DNA of 64,000 bases from Octopus vulgaris (GCA_951406725.2 OX597820.1:37572001-37636000); one strand, 5' to 3'. Shown: positions 12,915 through 27,212, numbered from the stretch's first letter. Notes: generated from the letters alone by a model not told the origin. Made by a program: numbers and translations.

Positions 12915-13130
12915 TGTTGTTTAGTTTCAGGTGAACTTCATTTGAGCAAACCTATAATCAAAGGTGTCCCACCCACGATCATACTGTTTTTAAAGACTAT
13001 CATGAAACTTAATAATCTCATGTGTTATTTTTTGTTTAATGCAGTAGGGTGTAATTTGAATGAGGTTTGGCTGCTATTTCTAGTTGATTAGGTGAACATG
13101 TAAAAGGTCCCTTATTGGTTCAAGGCCCTA
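12915..13130 (-). mobile_element. Dispersed repeat family E (related copies about 15590-16075, 22850-23010, 29880-30050, 30660-30900, 31425-31600, 32350-32710, 46500-46650)
   Basis: Recurrent motifs gacctatgatcaaaggtgttccagccatgacc, ggactacattatccaatg and gagatttggctgctatttctagc; (CAA)n-like tail. Confidence 0.6.
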
Positions 13131-14404
13131 AGGAGTAACTTATGCATTAGATATATTCAGTCATATTTACGTTGGTCAGATGGGTGGAGTGGGTAGGAAT
13201 GGGGGTGGTGTTGTAATTTTAGCATTATGTTGTAAAGCCATTCAACCTTTCTGCTGATTGTATAAGTTGCTGCAAAAAAGGTTGACTATACAGTCAGAAG
13301 GTTTATGTGGGTTGTAGCTCAATATTTGATGTTAACTCTGTTCAGACACATCTATGGCTTGAAACTGATTCAGCAATCATGATTCCGGCAGCATTTCTTG
13401 TGTTGAAAAAGGCTGACAGCCAATGTTGTATTGTCACTTTACCTGTTGTTGCTAGACTATTTGATTGAATATCAAGATCTTTACCTGGCTTGGTAGTGAT
13501 GTTTTTTTTTATGATTCTAATTTGTATGTATTTTTTAAGATCACTACAACACTCTCGATCCATCCATTGCCTGGTTCAGTGCCTCTACCTCATGCAATGT
13601 TCAAAATATTTGAACCAGGTCTCTGATTCCTCCTTTCTCCACAACTAGTCTTGGAGATCCTAGAAAATGGAAATTGTGATTGATGCTATCTTTCCTTCTT
13701 TGACTAAACCATATAAAAAAATTATAAACATTGTGATGTCAACAGAAAAAAAATAACTGCATTAATTACAAACTAATTAAAAGAAAAGCTATAATGTTAA
13801 TTAAAGAATGCATCACGTCTCTATTGTTTTTAATGTTGTAAAGCATTAATCTTAAGGTTTAATATGTTTACATTTTAATGAGAGTGAAATGGCTCTTTTT
13901 TATTCCAGTTTCAAGCTGTTTATAGAATATTTGCTTTTTTTAATCTCTTCTTACAAAGAAGTAATGCGGTTTTGTCATTCTATTTATTTACATCTGTAAT
14001 ATGGATATTCTAAGCAATAGCAATTAATCTATAAATATTTGTTGTGTGTATGTGTCCATCCATGTTCATATGTATGTTTGTATAAACCTATTTGTGTAAG
14101 TTTGTGGTGTATTATGAATACAAGATACTGTCACTTTTCATAATCCTTTAGAATTATTATTTAAATTAGCTGATGCTAAGATCTTTATGCCTACACATAT
14201 GGCTTTTACCCGCTTACTTTAGTGATTAATTTTGTCACCATAGTTGATTAACAGCTTTTTTTTCAGCAAATTTTATTCATGTCTTTCTAGGTTAGGAGTT
14301 AAGTAAAAAAAAAAAAAACAGTTCTATTATTACTTATTTAATGAATAAATAATTAGCTTCTATCTTTTTGTAAAAACTTTCGATAGATGTTATAGATTGT
14401 CCAT

Positions 14405-14830
14405 TTTCTTACATAGGCACAAGTCTACAAGTTTAGAAGGAGAGGTTTAATAAGCTAAATCAACCTCAGTACATGAGTGGTACTTTTATTTTATCAACTT
14501 TTGAAGGGTGAAAGACAAATTTGACCATGACGAGATTTGAACTCAGAATGACAAGGGTCACAGCTAAGTACTATAGGGCATTTTATTTGATTACCTAACA
14601 ATTCTACCAATTCTCTGTTCTTCAATTTCTTACATAGACACAAGGCCAGAAATGTTGGAGGGTACAGTTAATTATATTGAGCCCAGTACTTGAGTAGTAC
14701 TTTATTTTATCAACCCAGGAAGTTGACCGTAGCTGGATTTTAATCCAGGATATAAAAAACCATATCAAATACTGCGGGGCCATTTTGTCCCATCACTCTA
14801 ACAATTTGAACAATTTGACTAATCTGCTGT
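14405..14830 (-). mobile_element. Two tandem SINE family C copies
   Basis: Repeated ggcacaag...agtac...ggtactt(t)attttatcaac...atttgaactcagaa. Confidence 0.7.
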
Positions 14831-16472
14831 CTTAATTGAGAGATTAACGAGATATCAAAAGAGCTGATAACTTTGAGAATTTATTGGCTGAAGTTGAGTT
14901 GAGTGAGATTTCCTGTAAATGTTTTGTTATTGTGGGTACAGGTGTAGCTGTGTTGTTAAGAAGTTTGCTTTACAATTATCTGGTTTTTCTTGACATGAAG
15001 TCAAAGAAAAGCAAAACAATAGATAATGACTCTCAAAGTAGAAATGGTGACAAATGTATAACAAGGACTATGGCTTTCAGAAATGTTGCCTCATAAGACT
15101 ATATATTTGATACTATGTATGCAGACTTTTGCACCATCTAAAAAATCAAATATTTCAAATCAACTATTATTTCAAAAGAAATTATATCTTTTGTGGCTCT
15201 CTCTAAATTTCCAACTATTCTTACAGTTTTCAGAGTAATTTGCATTTTCCACTGGTACTACAAGTGTCATTTATTTGCATAAAGCCATGTCATAAATGTT
15301 TAGCATTTGTTTATTTGATTACCAATGATACAATCTTAAGCTTTTGTTACATTAAGCCAGAAAACTGTTTACAAATTTCTAATAAGTTTACTGCACTGGT
15401 ACTAAATTATTCTAGATTTGTTCTTACCTGCAATTTTACTATATGACAAATGGTGCAACATATGGTGTTGAGTGTGTTAGTTACTATTCAGTTAATTTCT
15501 TTTTATTTTTACTATGTATCTCTGTTGCCCGTTCTACATTATTTTTCGAATATTTACATGTTGTCAACTAAACTGAGCTGGTCTAAGATGGAAGATGTTC
15601 CAGATGTAACCTTCTCATCTTTTATTGAGGTATAGTGTATCTAGAGATTATGTCATCTGTTGTGTATTCTTTGTTGTTGTTTAACTCAGTATCGGTCCCT
15701 GATCAAGCAGATCTATAATAGATGTTCTGAGTATGACCTACCCTTCTTTATTCGTAATGTATTTAGGACTACATTATCTCTACAGTATATATTCCTTGTT
15801 GTTCAGCCGTAAGGCAACTTCTGATTAAGTAGATCTATGGTGCTCCAGCTGTAAGACTCACTGTATCTAGGACTACATTATCTACTGCATATGTTTTCTT
15901 GCTATTGTTTAACCCAAAGTCAGTTTCCAATCAAGGGTTCTGTAACCCAACTGTGACTATCCAGTCCTTTTGTATATTAGTGACCATGTGGTCCACCATT
16001 TCTTTATGCTTTTAAGACATTTGAGTGTAACCTGAAGCTGCTAGTTATATCAGATTGAGCAACTGTTGTAACAGGTGTTAATTTTTTTATGGTTGTCTGC
16101 TCTTCTTATTGATTTCCATTTCAACTCTTCTTATTGAGCTCAACTTCAGTCATGAAGGATCAATGGCATTTGATTATTACTAGTTATATAAAGAAGAAGA
16201 ATGATGTACTTTGCTTAAGGGACAAAACTCTACAGATGTTTGAACTTCTGATCTTGTGACCTGTAGTCCAGCTTCTGGAGCTTAATAGCACAGTGGCACT
16301 GTGCTTCTATCTATTTGTAAAGAGTCTTGTTAGTAGTCTACTAGAATACTGATTACTTTGTCAAATGACACCTGTGCATGTTTACAGCAATTATGGCTGC
16401 AAGCAGTGTTACTAGTATATTAACTTTAATTGCATATGAAGGCTTAGACATGTTCTCTCTCCCTCCCTCCCC

Positions 16473-16522
<50 letters not shown>

Positions 16523-16667
16523 GGAACATATATACATGGATACTTGCAAATACTGATACTTGGATATATATGCATTCATATTTACACACACATATGCATA
16601 TAGAGGTTTATATAGTTAAACACATACATGGTTAAACATATGGTTAATCACATATATGGTTAACCAC

Positions 16668-16880
16668 ATCATCCTCATTGTTTAACGTCTGTTTTCTATG
16701 CTGGCATGGGTTGGACAGTTTGACTGAGGTCTGGAGAGCCAGGCTCCAATCTGATCTGGCAATGTTTCTACAGCTGGATGCCCTTCCCATCGTCAACCAC
16801 TCTGAGAGTGTAGTGGGTACTTTTTACATACCACCAGCACAGGAGCCAGTCGGGTGGGCCTGGATCGATTATGTTCAGGT
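16668..16880 (-). mobile_element. Family B element, 3' part
   Basis: gtttaacgtc...gctggcatgggttggac...ggatgcccttcc. Confidence 0.8.
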
Positions 16881-17960
16881 AGTGCTTTGTAACCAAACCA
16901 CTTAACTGTGAATTAGGAATGGGCTTTTCTTTTTGCCAGTCAGGTATACTGGGGTCAGCAGTGTTATGTGACCTGCTCAGGAGCATTATACAGTAGTTGT
17001 AAGATTTGAACTCCAAAACCATTATAGTCAATAGTTCAACACCTTAATTTCACAGCCATAGACAATGTCAAATAATATTGGTTAATATCAATTATGATGT
17101 ATTGATTTCTTGTAGCTTGGAAACATTCCCCCATGTAGGATACTAACTCTTGTAAAAATTATTCAGATCAATATCATATCAGCCATGATTTCAATCAGTC
17201 TGTAAAATTAGTTTTGGAGCACATTTAGCATTGTGGTTGCAATTTCCTTGTTAAATAATTGAATTATTTCTAATGAGGAAGGTAATTAAAATCTGTTTTG
17301 CTAAAAGCTAGCTTAAGGTCATAGAGATAGTCGGATCCCAAAGATATTATCCATAAATACCACTTTGGGACAGAAAAAGAGCATAGGCCTCCTGACAGGC
17401 TTGAACCACATATCTGTTGATTGCCAAGTACTGACAGAAGATATGTTGCTCTTTATATCATAAATTGGTGTTTATAATGTCTAATGCAATTTAAATTAAT
17501 ATCTTAGGCATAGGTGTGGCTGTGTGGTAAGCAGTTTGCTTCCCAACCACATAGTCTCACTTCATGGCAACTTATGAGTAGATTTGGTAGATGGAAACTG
17601 AAAGAAGCCTACTGTTGTGTGTGTGTGTATACGTATACATTCACATATACAGCAAAACACCTGCTCTTCTCCCTCTGTCATAATTTTTTATTCCTCCAGT
17701 CTATGCCCTGTTGAGTGGTCTTATCTTGTGGGTACTTGGTGACCTCACTGGTGTTGGTGCCACTAAAAAGCACCCAGTACACTCTGTTAAGTGGTTGGCA
17801 TTAGGAAGGCATCAAGCTGTAGAAACTATGCCAAAGCAGACATAGAACTTAGTGGAGCCCTCTAGCTCATCAGTTCTCAAGCTGTCCAACTAATGCCGGT
17901 ATGGAGAAAAAGGGGCATTAAATGATGATGGTGTGTGTATGTGTGTTACTGTCTCCATGC

Positions 17961-18059
17961 CTGTTTCATCAGGACAATGCGTGACCCCACACTGCAAAGA
18001 TCACATCACATAAGATTGAAGAGCTTGGTTGGGAAAAATTTCTTCATCCAACTTATTCA
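17961..18059 (+). mobile_element. Mariner transposase remnant
   Basis: Translates LFHQDNA*PHTAKITSHKIEELGWEKFLHPTYS, matching mariner HDNARPH...LGWEVLxHPPYSPD; stop is CGA>TGA-like. Confidence 0.8.
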
Positions 18060-20034
18060 GTACATTGTAGCTCTCTGGTCCATTTTTGGAGAGAAAATAT
18101 GGTAGGGTAGTTCCTTAATAGTGATACAGTCAGCTGCAAAAACCCTTGAAGGCAGTGCCCCAGTATGGTCACTGTCCAGTAAACAAATGTACCAGTATAA
18201 ATTTAGGCTTGTTTGTTGCTACAAGGAATAGGAAAATTTAAGATATGTTATTGAGAAAAGATTAAAATTATTTTTGTGAGCTCTCTATTTACTCACAAAA
18301 GAAATTTTAGTTTTCTCTCATTTTAGTGATTCTTCATATATTGAGGTGTTCAAAATAAAGTTTTACTAAATTCTGTTGTTTTGGAAAAAAAACAAACTCT
18401 TGAAGTTTCCCTTTTCTCATAAGTCATTAACACACACACAATAGAAAACCTGTTGTGAATATGAACTCATGACCTGCAAATTGATTGGTATTCTAATATG
18501 TGCTATGTCAGTTGTTAGTTCAAAGAAGAAAAAGAACAAACCTATTGGGATTTGGACCATGTCTCTATCACTTCCAGGCAGCTATGTTATTAATTGTTCT
18601 GTTGTTGCAAATTGTTGTAACACTTTTGCTTCAAACCATTGACCCAGCATCTCTCTTCCTGTTATCACTTTTACTGCCTCACTAGGAATAGTGGCTGTGT
18701 CTCTTTTGAATCACGTTATACTCTCTCTCTTTCTCAAAAAAAAAAAAAAAAAGCACATATTGGAAATGTAGTTCTGCATATTCTGTGTCTGAAAAAATTT
18801 GAGAGGGTCATGGCTGGAATGCTTTTGTCTATAAGTCTGTTTGATCAGGAGTCTCTCAGTTGTCAGATTTTATACTAAACACTTTAAGCAACTATTAGGT
18901 ATTCTCAATGGTTACAGTTCTTGGGATAACCTTTGAAATACTACCACTAGGAATTCTATCCCATCCAGGTTCTTCCCCTACACCAGTACTGACCTTTAGC
19001 AGTTCAAACTGGACACCAGCTGCATCAATTGCACCATCCTGTGAGTGTTTGCTAAGGCACTGAGTGCTTCCTCATCTCTTATGACTATTTAATTAAACTA
19101 TGTTCAACAATGTGGCTGTTTTATCTCTCTTTATGTGAGTTAATAAGTCACAACCAGGATTAATTTTTCTATGCTCTCAAATAAGAATATAAAGAAACAA
19201 AGTTCTGGAGCAGATGTGCTCACTTAGATATAACTATCCTGAAATTTATCATGCTTTGAATAATTTATGGATGATCATAAAAATGTTATTAAATTTACAT
19301 TTAGTCCAAATCTTATGTAGATTCCATGTTTTTAGCCAGTGCATTTTAGAAATGGGATTCAATTCATTATTTGTTTACCTTACCATCAGTATGTTGCAGA
19401 ATTTTGTTTGTCTTGGTAAGTAGAAAGACTACTAAATGCATTGAATTGATATTTGAGCTGATGAATAGGTTATGTTACTGATGTACTTAAATGCTTAAGT
19501 GCTTTCATTTTTTTTTTTTTCAAATAATATTGCAGCTTTAAATAGTGAACTGTTACAAATGAACTCTTTTGAGTTTATTTATTTAAAAACTTAATGTTAA
19601 GTCATACAATTATTTGAAATAAGTGGGAGTAAAATCATTTGCTTCTTGGAAAAAACCCCCCAAAAAAAAATCTCTTTGCTTATTATTTCTGTTTTTAAGT
19701 TTAGTTGTTTGGCACTTTAGATTATAGAACAGATTACATAATTGTCCTCTTAGTCTCATTATGTAGGTTAGTATCAGTCAAGTTCCTTATGTGAGCTGAG
19801 GGACAAAAATTATGCCCTGAATTGTTATCATTCTATATATGACATTCTTGAGAGGAAAAGAAAAATGCATTCATTATATATGGAAAAAATTACTAATCAA
19901 GTGGAATTAATGCTGGTACATTTGATAGGCATGTCTAGGAAACATTAAGAGCTGGGAAATATATACCATCAGACATTTTGTCTGATGCCTAATTAAATTT
20001 TTCCAATGCATTGTCCTTAATAATTGTCTTAGAT

Positions 20035-20325
20035 TTAGATGCACAAGGCCAGCAGTTTTGAGGGAAGTGTGTACTGGTACTTTATTTTATCTACATCAGA
20101 GGGTATGAATTGCAAAGTTGTTCTCAATGGGATTTGAACTCTGAACATTTAAGAACTGGAACAACTACTACAGTACATTCAGACTGACGACTCCACAAAA
20201 TAATTCTTTCTGTTGTTGGCATAAGACCTGGAATTTTAGGGAAGAGAAAAACTGATTCTGTTGACCCCAGTGGCCAACTGGTACTTATTTTATTGACCTC
20301 AAAAGGATGAAATTTGATTTGCCTC
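20035..20325 (-). mobile_element. Tandem SINE family C fragments
   Basis: actggtacttattttat...aaaggatgaaa motifs. Confidence 0.65.
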
Positions 20326-20477
20326 AGTCATTCACAAGAAGTTTTCCATGAAAAGAGATGTTCAATCTTTCAAATTTTGCATAAATTTTTCTTTAAATTT
20401 ATTTCAAGAAAACAAGTTGAATGTTGACTAATTGTTAAAATATACATGGAATTATTTTTCTTTATTTTTCACTCACA

Positions 20478-20529
<52 letters not shown>

Positions 20530-20702
20530 TACACTCATACATACGTATATGTATAAGACTCATTACAAGCTTATCATTTAAATCTGTCAGTTGTAACCAC
20601 TGTCAAGTGTTAAGTAGAATTAAACTTCCTGCCTTGGGTGTATGTGTGTGTGAGAGAGCACATGTATGTATGTGTGTGTGTGTGTGCATGTGTGTATATA
20701 TA

Positions 20703-20871
20703 GGTGCAGGAGTGGCTGTGTGGTAAGAAGCTTGCTTCACAACTACATGGATCTGGGTTCAGTCCTACTGCGTGGTACCATGGGCAAGTGTCTTCTACTA
20801 TAGCCTTGGGCCGACCAAACCCTTGTGAGTGAATTTGGTAGATGGAAACTGAAAGAAGCCTGTCATGTATG

Positions 20872-20915
<44 letters not shown>

Positions 20916-21008
20916 GTCTCTGTCCCCCCCACATAATCGCTTGACAACTGTTATTGGTGAGTTTACATCCCTATAACTTAGCGATTTGGCAAAAGAGGTC
21001 AGTAGATA
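20703..21008 (+). mobile_element. SINE family A, 3'-truncated
   Basis: ggtgcaggagtggctgtgtggtaag head and body. Confidence 0.85.
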
Positions 21009-21040
21009 TATCATATATATATAAAATCATCATATATACC

Positions 21041-21074
<34 letters not shown>

Positions 21075-21078
21075 TATG

Positions 21079-21145
<67 letters not shown>

Positions 21146-21149
<4 letters not shown>

Positions 21150-21278
21150 TCATTATTGTTTAACGTCCGTTCTCCATGCTAGCATGGGTTGGACGGTTCG
21201 ACCGGGGATCTGGGAAGCCAGAAGGCTGCACCAGGCTCCAATCTGATCTGGCAGTGTTTCTACAGCCTGATGCCCTTC
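21146..21278 (-). mobile_element. Family B 3' end
   Basis: gtttaacgtccgttctccatgctagcatgggttggac. Confidence 0.8.
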
Positions 21279-21280
21279 AA

Positions 21281-21605
21281 GTGCAGGAGTGGCTGTGTGG
21301 TAAGTAGCTTGCTTACCAGCCACATGGTTCCGGGTTCAGTCCCAATGCGTAGCACCTTGGGCCGACCAAAACCTTGTGAGTGGATTTGGTAGATGGAAAC
21401 TGAAAGAAGCCCATCGTATATGTATGTATTTGTGTGTCTGTGTTTGTCCCCCACCCCCAACATCTCTTGACAACCGATGCTGGTGTGTTTATGTCCCCGT
21501 AACTTAGCAGTTTGGCAAGAGAGACCGATAGAATAAGTGCTAGGCTTACAAAGAATAAGTCCTGGGGTCGATTTCCTCGACTAAAGGCAGTGCTCCAGCA
21601 TGGCT
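21281..21605 (+). mobile_element. SINE family A with internal deletion; tail lost at junction with Tc1 remnant
   Basis: Head and body match family A; ends at ccagcatggctg. Confidence 0.85.
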
Positions 21606-22300
21606 GAAGGTAGTCTGGATCAAATGCTTCTTTTGGCTGTCTCCTTACGTATACTCAACCAGTGGTCAGAAATGAGGTAAAGGATGACTCATCTGAGAAA
21701 ATAACATTCTTCCACTGTTCTAGGGACCAATTCTGTAGGTTTTACTCCACTCTAAATGCTTTGCAACATTAGTTTTTGAAAGTAGTGGTTTTCTGATTGC
21801 AGCCCTACCATGAATTCTGGCTTTGTGCATCTCCTGGCAAACAATTTTTGTGGAAACTGGGTTCTCAAAATGGTCATTAAGCTCTGCAGTAATTTTGGGA
21901 GCTGTACTTTTGTGATCCTTTCTAACAATTCATGTTAAGTGTCTGATGGTCCCTATCTGAAAGTTTTGATTTTCTTCCAAAGTTTTGTTTCGATGAGGAG
22001 GTTTTTTCCTCCTTTCTCAAGAGAGTTCTGTTTGATACACGAAACATTTCGGCTGTTTTCATTATGCTAGCACCTGCCATACGAGCACCAACAATTTGAC
22101 CTATTTGATCTGTCATTTTAATGGATCTTAATTACCTTTCTCCAATGATATCTGTAAAGAAACAGTAATTTTAGCAAAACATATAAAGCAACACTAATAA
22201 TAAATAAAAAAAACATAAAAATAAACAAGCTTTGGACAGTTTTATAGATATTTCATAATTATGATGCTAGGTGTTTCCATTGTTTAGTCCAAATCCTGTG
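21603..22300 (-). mobile_element. Tc1-like transposon 5' half (transposase pseudogene)
   Basis: GQIVGARMAGASIMKTAEMF (paired HTH), GRKSKLSDRD, GRAAIRKPLLS, WKNVIFSDESSF (first catalytic Asp); TIR-like caggatttggactaaacaatggaaacacc next to TA at 22301-22302. Confidence 0.9.
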
Positions 22301-24354
22301 TATCATACACACACACACACATATACCATAGGTGTATAGCTGTGTGGTAAGAAGATTGTTTTTCAAGTACAAGGTCTTAGGTTCAGTCCCACTGTGTGGC
22401 ACCTTAGGAAAGTGTCTTTTACTATAGCCCCTGGCTGACCAAAGCCTTGGGAATGGATTTGGTTGGCAGAAATTGAATATATATATAGTCTTGACTTCAT
22501 GTAGTAGTTGAAATGTCACCATTCTGCAAGCTGTGTCCTTGATTTGCAATCTTTTGTGGGAACATGCCTAGTCAAGGGGACTATTATCTTACTGGGAAAT
22601 GGGTGGGAGTTAGCAACAGGAAGGGCATCCAGGTATCAAAAATCTGCCTCAACAAATCCCCTGCAAGCATATAAAAGTGAACCTTAAATGATGATGTCAA
22701 TATATATTTATATATATTCTGCGTGAGACTTCAGCTAGGGAAGGGAGTGTAGTTGATTGCATTCACCATGTATAATACTTAATATCAGTACCTGTTGACT
22801 CTGGCCTGGCAAGCCAATAAAATAGCTCCTACATGATATAACTGGCTAGGAATTCAAAAATCATACTCTAACACCTTAAATATAAAGTGCATTGGATAAT
22901 GTAGGCCTGGATGCATTATGTTTGAGAATTGAAAGCTGGAATGGTTGTGGCCACAGTTCCTTCAATTTTGTATGTTGTAATCAGGTGATCTAGGGTTAAG
23001 AAACAGCAACTCTGGTCTGGAAAACTTTTACTGTTTTCAATGTTTCTGCTTCTCTCAGAATTTCATTAAGAGTATTATTATTCTCTTTTATTTCTTGTTT
23101 TGAAAATTCATCATTCAAAAATCAAGGTGCTTCTAAAAAAATAGACTTGTTGTAGAATAATGGTTGTATCATTTTAATTCACTTTGCTGATTGATGTCCT
23201 TGTGATAGGTATGAAATTGAAAAATTTTATTCAACTGGAATCTTATGTGACTTTGTAAAAAAAAAAAAAAAAAAAAAAAAAGAATAGAATTAAATCAACA
23301 AGACACAAAAATAAAATTATAGTTCTATGTAAATATCATTATTATTAATGATAATAATAATAATAATGATTTTTTTCTACTAGAGGTACTTGGCCTGAAT
23401 AACATTTTCTTAGCCATTAAGGGTTCACAAATAATTATAATGGTTGGGTTTCTATGATGTTCTACAATTACTACTTATTGTTGCTGTTGTAAATACTCTT
23501 GCAAACTACATCTCTCTAGTTTTGCCAGATGTTAGTAGAACTTTTAATAAATTAAAGCCCAATTTAAATTGACTTTTCTCTTGAAGTAGTCACATTTCGA
23601 AAGTCAATATTGACCTAGAAAAAAAGTCTTCATATTTAAAGAAATAAATTGCACTCCTGTCCCCCACCCAAAAAAAAAACCAAAAAACAATTTAAACAAA
23701 TAAACAAACCCTGTTTCTTTCTTCAATCATTTTAATTCCTTACTTCATTTTTTCATTTTTTAAAAAAAATTTCTCATTCTTTTCTCCTTTTGTTCTTCTC
23801 TCACCACCTTCTTCCTCTCTCTTCAACACACCATCCTCCTTCACTTTCTTTTAATCATTAAGTCCACTGATCTTGTTGCTACTGTTTTACCCCCCTCCCC
23901 CATTTCCTATTGAATACGTTGTAGAACAAGTCTATTTAGCTCTTTCTAATGTAGTAGCAATTTGCATGTCGCTATTGTTCTAACTATTTGCAGGTTTTTC
24001 TTGTGTGATGTGTGTGACACACACACACACACACACATATATATAATGCAAAAATGCTTTTTACGCTTGTGTTGCAATCTGCTCATTATGTGCGACAAGA
24101 TGTAATTAACTAAATAATAATATAACTGTAGCCCCAGTAACATGGCTATTCTTAACATGCAGCGTCTTGTTACATAGAGATTGTCTTTTTGTAAACATAG
24201 CCAATCTTTTAAGAGATCAACCAAATCCTTTTGAAAAGAAGTAATTTGGCTATTTTTGTTTTATGCACCAAACCAATTATTTCCATCAAGTTTTTATTAA
24301 AATAGATTACTCTTGCTTTATTCTTTCTTACTTTCTTTTTTTTTTCTTTCTCAG

Positions 24355-24416
24355 TAATTGTTCTCATTAGATTGTTTCGGCTAACCAAATTTTCAATGTG
24401 CCAGCCTACAGGTTGA
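24355..24416 (+). CDS. Candidate terminal exon with tandem acceptors (24355: phase 1 xIVLIRLFRLTKFSMCQPTG*; 24371: xCFG* or phase 0 IVSANQ...RAPRS*)
   Basis: About 40-nt pyrimidine tract ending ctcag|; unique, GC/CpG-elevated sequence to about 24530. Confidence 0.3.
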
Positions 24417-24723
24417 AGAGTGAAGGACTATTACTTCATCACCAGCAGCTCTGTCATTGCCGATTCAGAGCACCTCGCTCTTAATAGGTACCAAAATAAG
24501 GCTGGGGGCATCGTGATATTACCTGTAAATGTTCCATTGGTTTGCATTGCTGGTGTGTATGTATGTGCACACACACACACACACACACACACACTCCCAT
24601 GTGGTCTAGTAGTTTATATTTTTGGTTTTCACCTAGGTAGCCTGGTTTCAATTTACATGTGGGAAAACTCTATACATACTACGTGTATATATATATATAA
24701 ACTTTGGTTTCAGCATCATGATT

Positions 24724-25040
24724 GGCATATGACTTATTGGTGAAGGTATCTGCTCATGACTGTAAGGTAATGAGTTCGATTTCTGGTGGTGCATTGTTTC
24801 CTTGTGCAAGACACTTCATTTCACATTGCTCCAGTCTACTCAGCTGTCAAAAGTGAGTTGTACTATAAATCGAAAGGGCTAGCCTTGTCACATTTCGTGT
24901 CATGCTGAGTCTTCCTGAGAAATACATTGAGGTACATGTTTGTGGAGTGCTCAGTTACTTGCATATTAATTTAACAAGTAGGCTGTTCCAGTGATTAAAT
25001 CAATTGGAACACTCATAACTGAGTTATCATGACTGGCCAA
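24724..25040 (+). mobile_element. tRNA-derived SINE family D (V-domain-like)
   Basis: gagttcgatt B-box; ccttgtgcaagacactt...ttgctccag; homologous to 41131-41438. Confidence 0.75.
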
Positions 25041-25739
25041 ATATTAAATTTATAGATTTTTCCTTTTGAATTGTTCTGTTAAAAATATCTGATTGCTACT
25101 CTAAGTACTTGGTAAGTATTATTATTTTTTTTTATTGTAAAGAAGTAAGGTTTCCCAAAGCTCTTGATGTCTACCAGTGATTAAAGCAGTGTTTATACCA
25201 GCTTCTTTTTATTCTTGTGGAAACCTTGAAATACATTCCTTGTTTCAGTGAACCCCTGTGTAAAATTTATTATACATCTTTATTAATCCTTTTCCTTCTC
25301 TTTCATTTAAGTTAAATTTCATAAGAAATTAGACAAATCATACAACTGTCTTTGAAAGGTTTGGCAGTGCTAAATACATCAGGGCCATAAAAATGCTTTA
25401 AGAAATTTCATTGTCACCAAGATCTTGTTTTGTCCAAATTTCCTCAAAATTCCTTCTTCACAGGTCATCTTTTTATGTTGGGTCTCCTTTGTACATACAG
25501 CTCTCATTCCATTCTTCATCTCCATTGATCTCTGTTTTACTAGAGTCTTTCTTTAACTTAATCTCTCATTTACTAGTATTGACTCATGTAAACAGACATC
25601 TGACATTTCTAGAAAGAAATTATTTTCAACAATTGATGCTTATGCAAGTAATTTTAGCATGAAAATCTAGAAGAATATTTGTATTTGTTTGAACTATATT
25701 AAATTTTGTTACTTTATAGATATGAAACTTTAAAATGTT

Positions 25740-25964
25740 CTTTATTCTTTTGCTTGTTTCAGTCATTTGACTGCGACCATGCTGGAGCACCGCCTTCAGT
25801 TGAGCAAATCGGCCCCTGGACTTATTTTTTGTAAGCCTAGTACTTATTCTATTGGTCTCTTTTGCCAAACCTCTAAGTTATGGGGACATAAACACAGCAA
25901 CATTAGTTGTCAAACAATGTTGGAGGAACAAACACAGACACACAAACATATACACACACATACA

Positions 25965-26014
<50 letters not shown>

Positions 26015-26184
26015 CACATACATACACGACAGGCTTCTTTCAGTCTCCGGTTTCCAAATTTACTCATAAGGCTTTGGTCGGCCCGAGGCTATAGTAGAAG
26101 ACACTTAGCCAAGGTGCCACGCAGTGGGACTGAACCTGGAACCATGTGGTTGGTAAGCAAACTACTTACCTCACAGCCACTCCT
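25740..26184 (-). mobile_element. SINE family A, full length
   Basis: Reverse complement of the family A consensus including the tail. Confidence 0.9.
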
Positions 26185-26770
26185 AATTTTTGTTTTAATA
26201 ATTATATTGATTTTGTTTTTGACTTTTCAAGATTTGGTTAAGTACATAAGTTACATTTTTTAATGTGTGGTCAAATTCTTCAATGTCAATATCTCAGATA
26301 AATCTCTAATACAGTTGACTTGATTACAGCTAACTGAATCCATACATGAACTATGTTTGAGCACTTAGACGTTTATTTTTACTTGCCACTGTATGTATCT
26401 GGTAATATCTTAGGAAATAATATTCTGAGTTTCCTACAAGGCACTTAAGGAACATCTTAATTATGTTATATGTTAATTGAATTACTTACAAGTATACTGT
26501 GATCATTTTTTGGTTGGTGCATAAAATATATTTTCTTCTTGATGTTGGAAACTATTTCTGATTGATTTTTCTTCATAGTTTGTGACCTTTGCCTTGACAT
26601 ACCTACAGTTAGTTTATTTGGTTATTTTACTGTTCATTGTAGATATTTCTTACATTTGCACCCCACCACACACAAATAAATAAAATGTCTGTTAGGGACT
26701 CCCAAGTTATTTTCTTGGTTTGTTTTTCTGATTGGTGTTTATAAGAAGCTATCATGGAATATGTAGCTTA

Positions 26771-27130
26771 AGTGCAGGTATGACTAGGGTTAAGAAGATT
26801 GTTTTGTAATCACATGGCCTCAGGTTTAGTCCTGTTGTTACAGCACCTTGGACAAATGTCTTTTATTATATCCATGCCTTGAGTAAATTTGGCTGATAGA
26901 AACTGCTGGATCTTGTGTGTGTGTGTGTGTTTCAATGCTTGTCAATCAGTGTGGGCTTGTTTTAGGGCCCTTTAATTTAGTCTCTGTTTGCCAAACTGCT
27001 AAATAGTACTAGATAGAATAAGTAACAATAGACTTTTGAATAAGTACTGGAGTTGATTTGATTGACTAAATCCTTCAAGCAGATGCCCCAGCATGGTCAC
27101 AGACTGATCTCTGAAACAAGTAAAAGAACA
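26771..27130 (+). mobile_element. SINE family A, old degenerate copy
   Basis: Recognisable head, body and cagcatggtcacagac...ctgaaacaagtaaaag tail. Confidence 0.7.
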
Positions 27131-27212
27131 AAGGAGTATAGTCAATCTGGTTAGAGTTTTTGAAGAATGTTAATTACTGAGTTAATAGTTTAGGATGAAT
27201 TCTTATGTTTTT

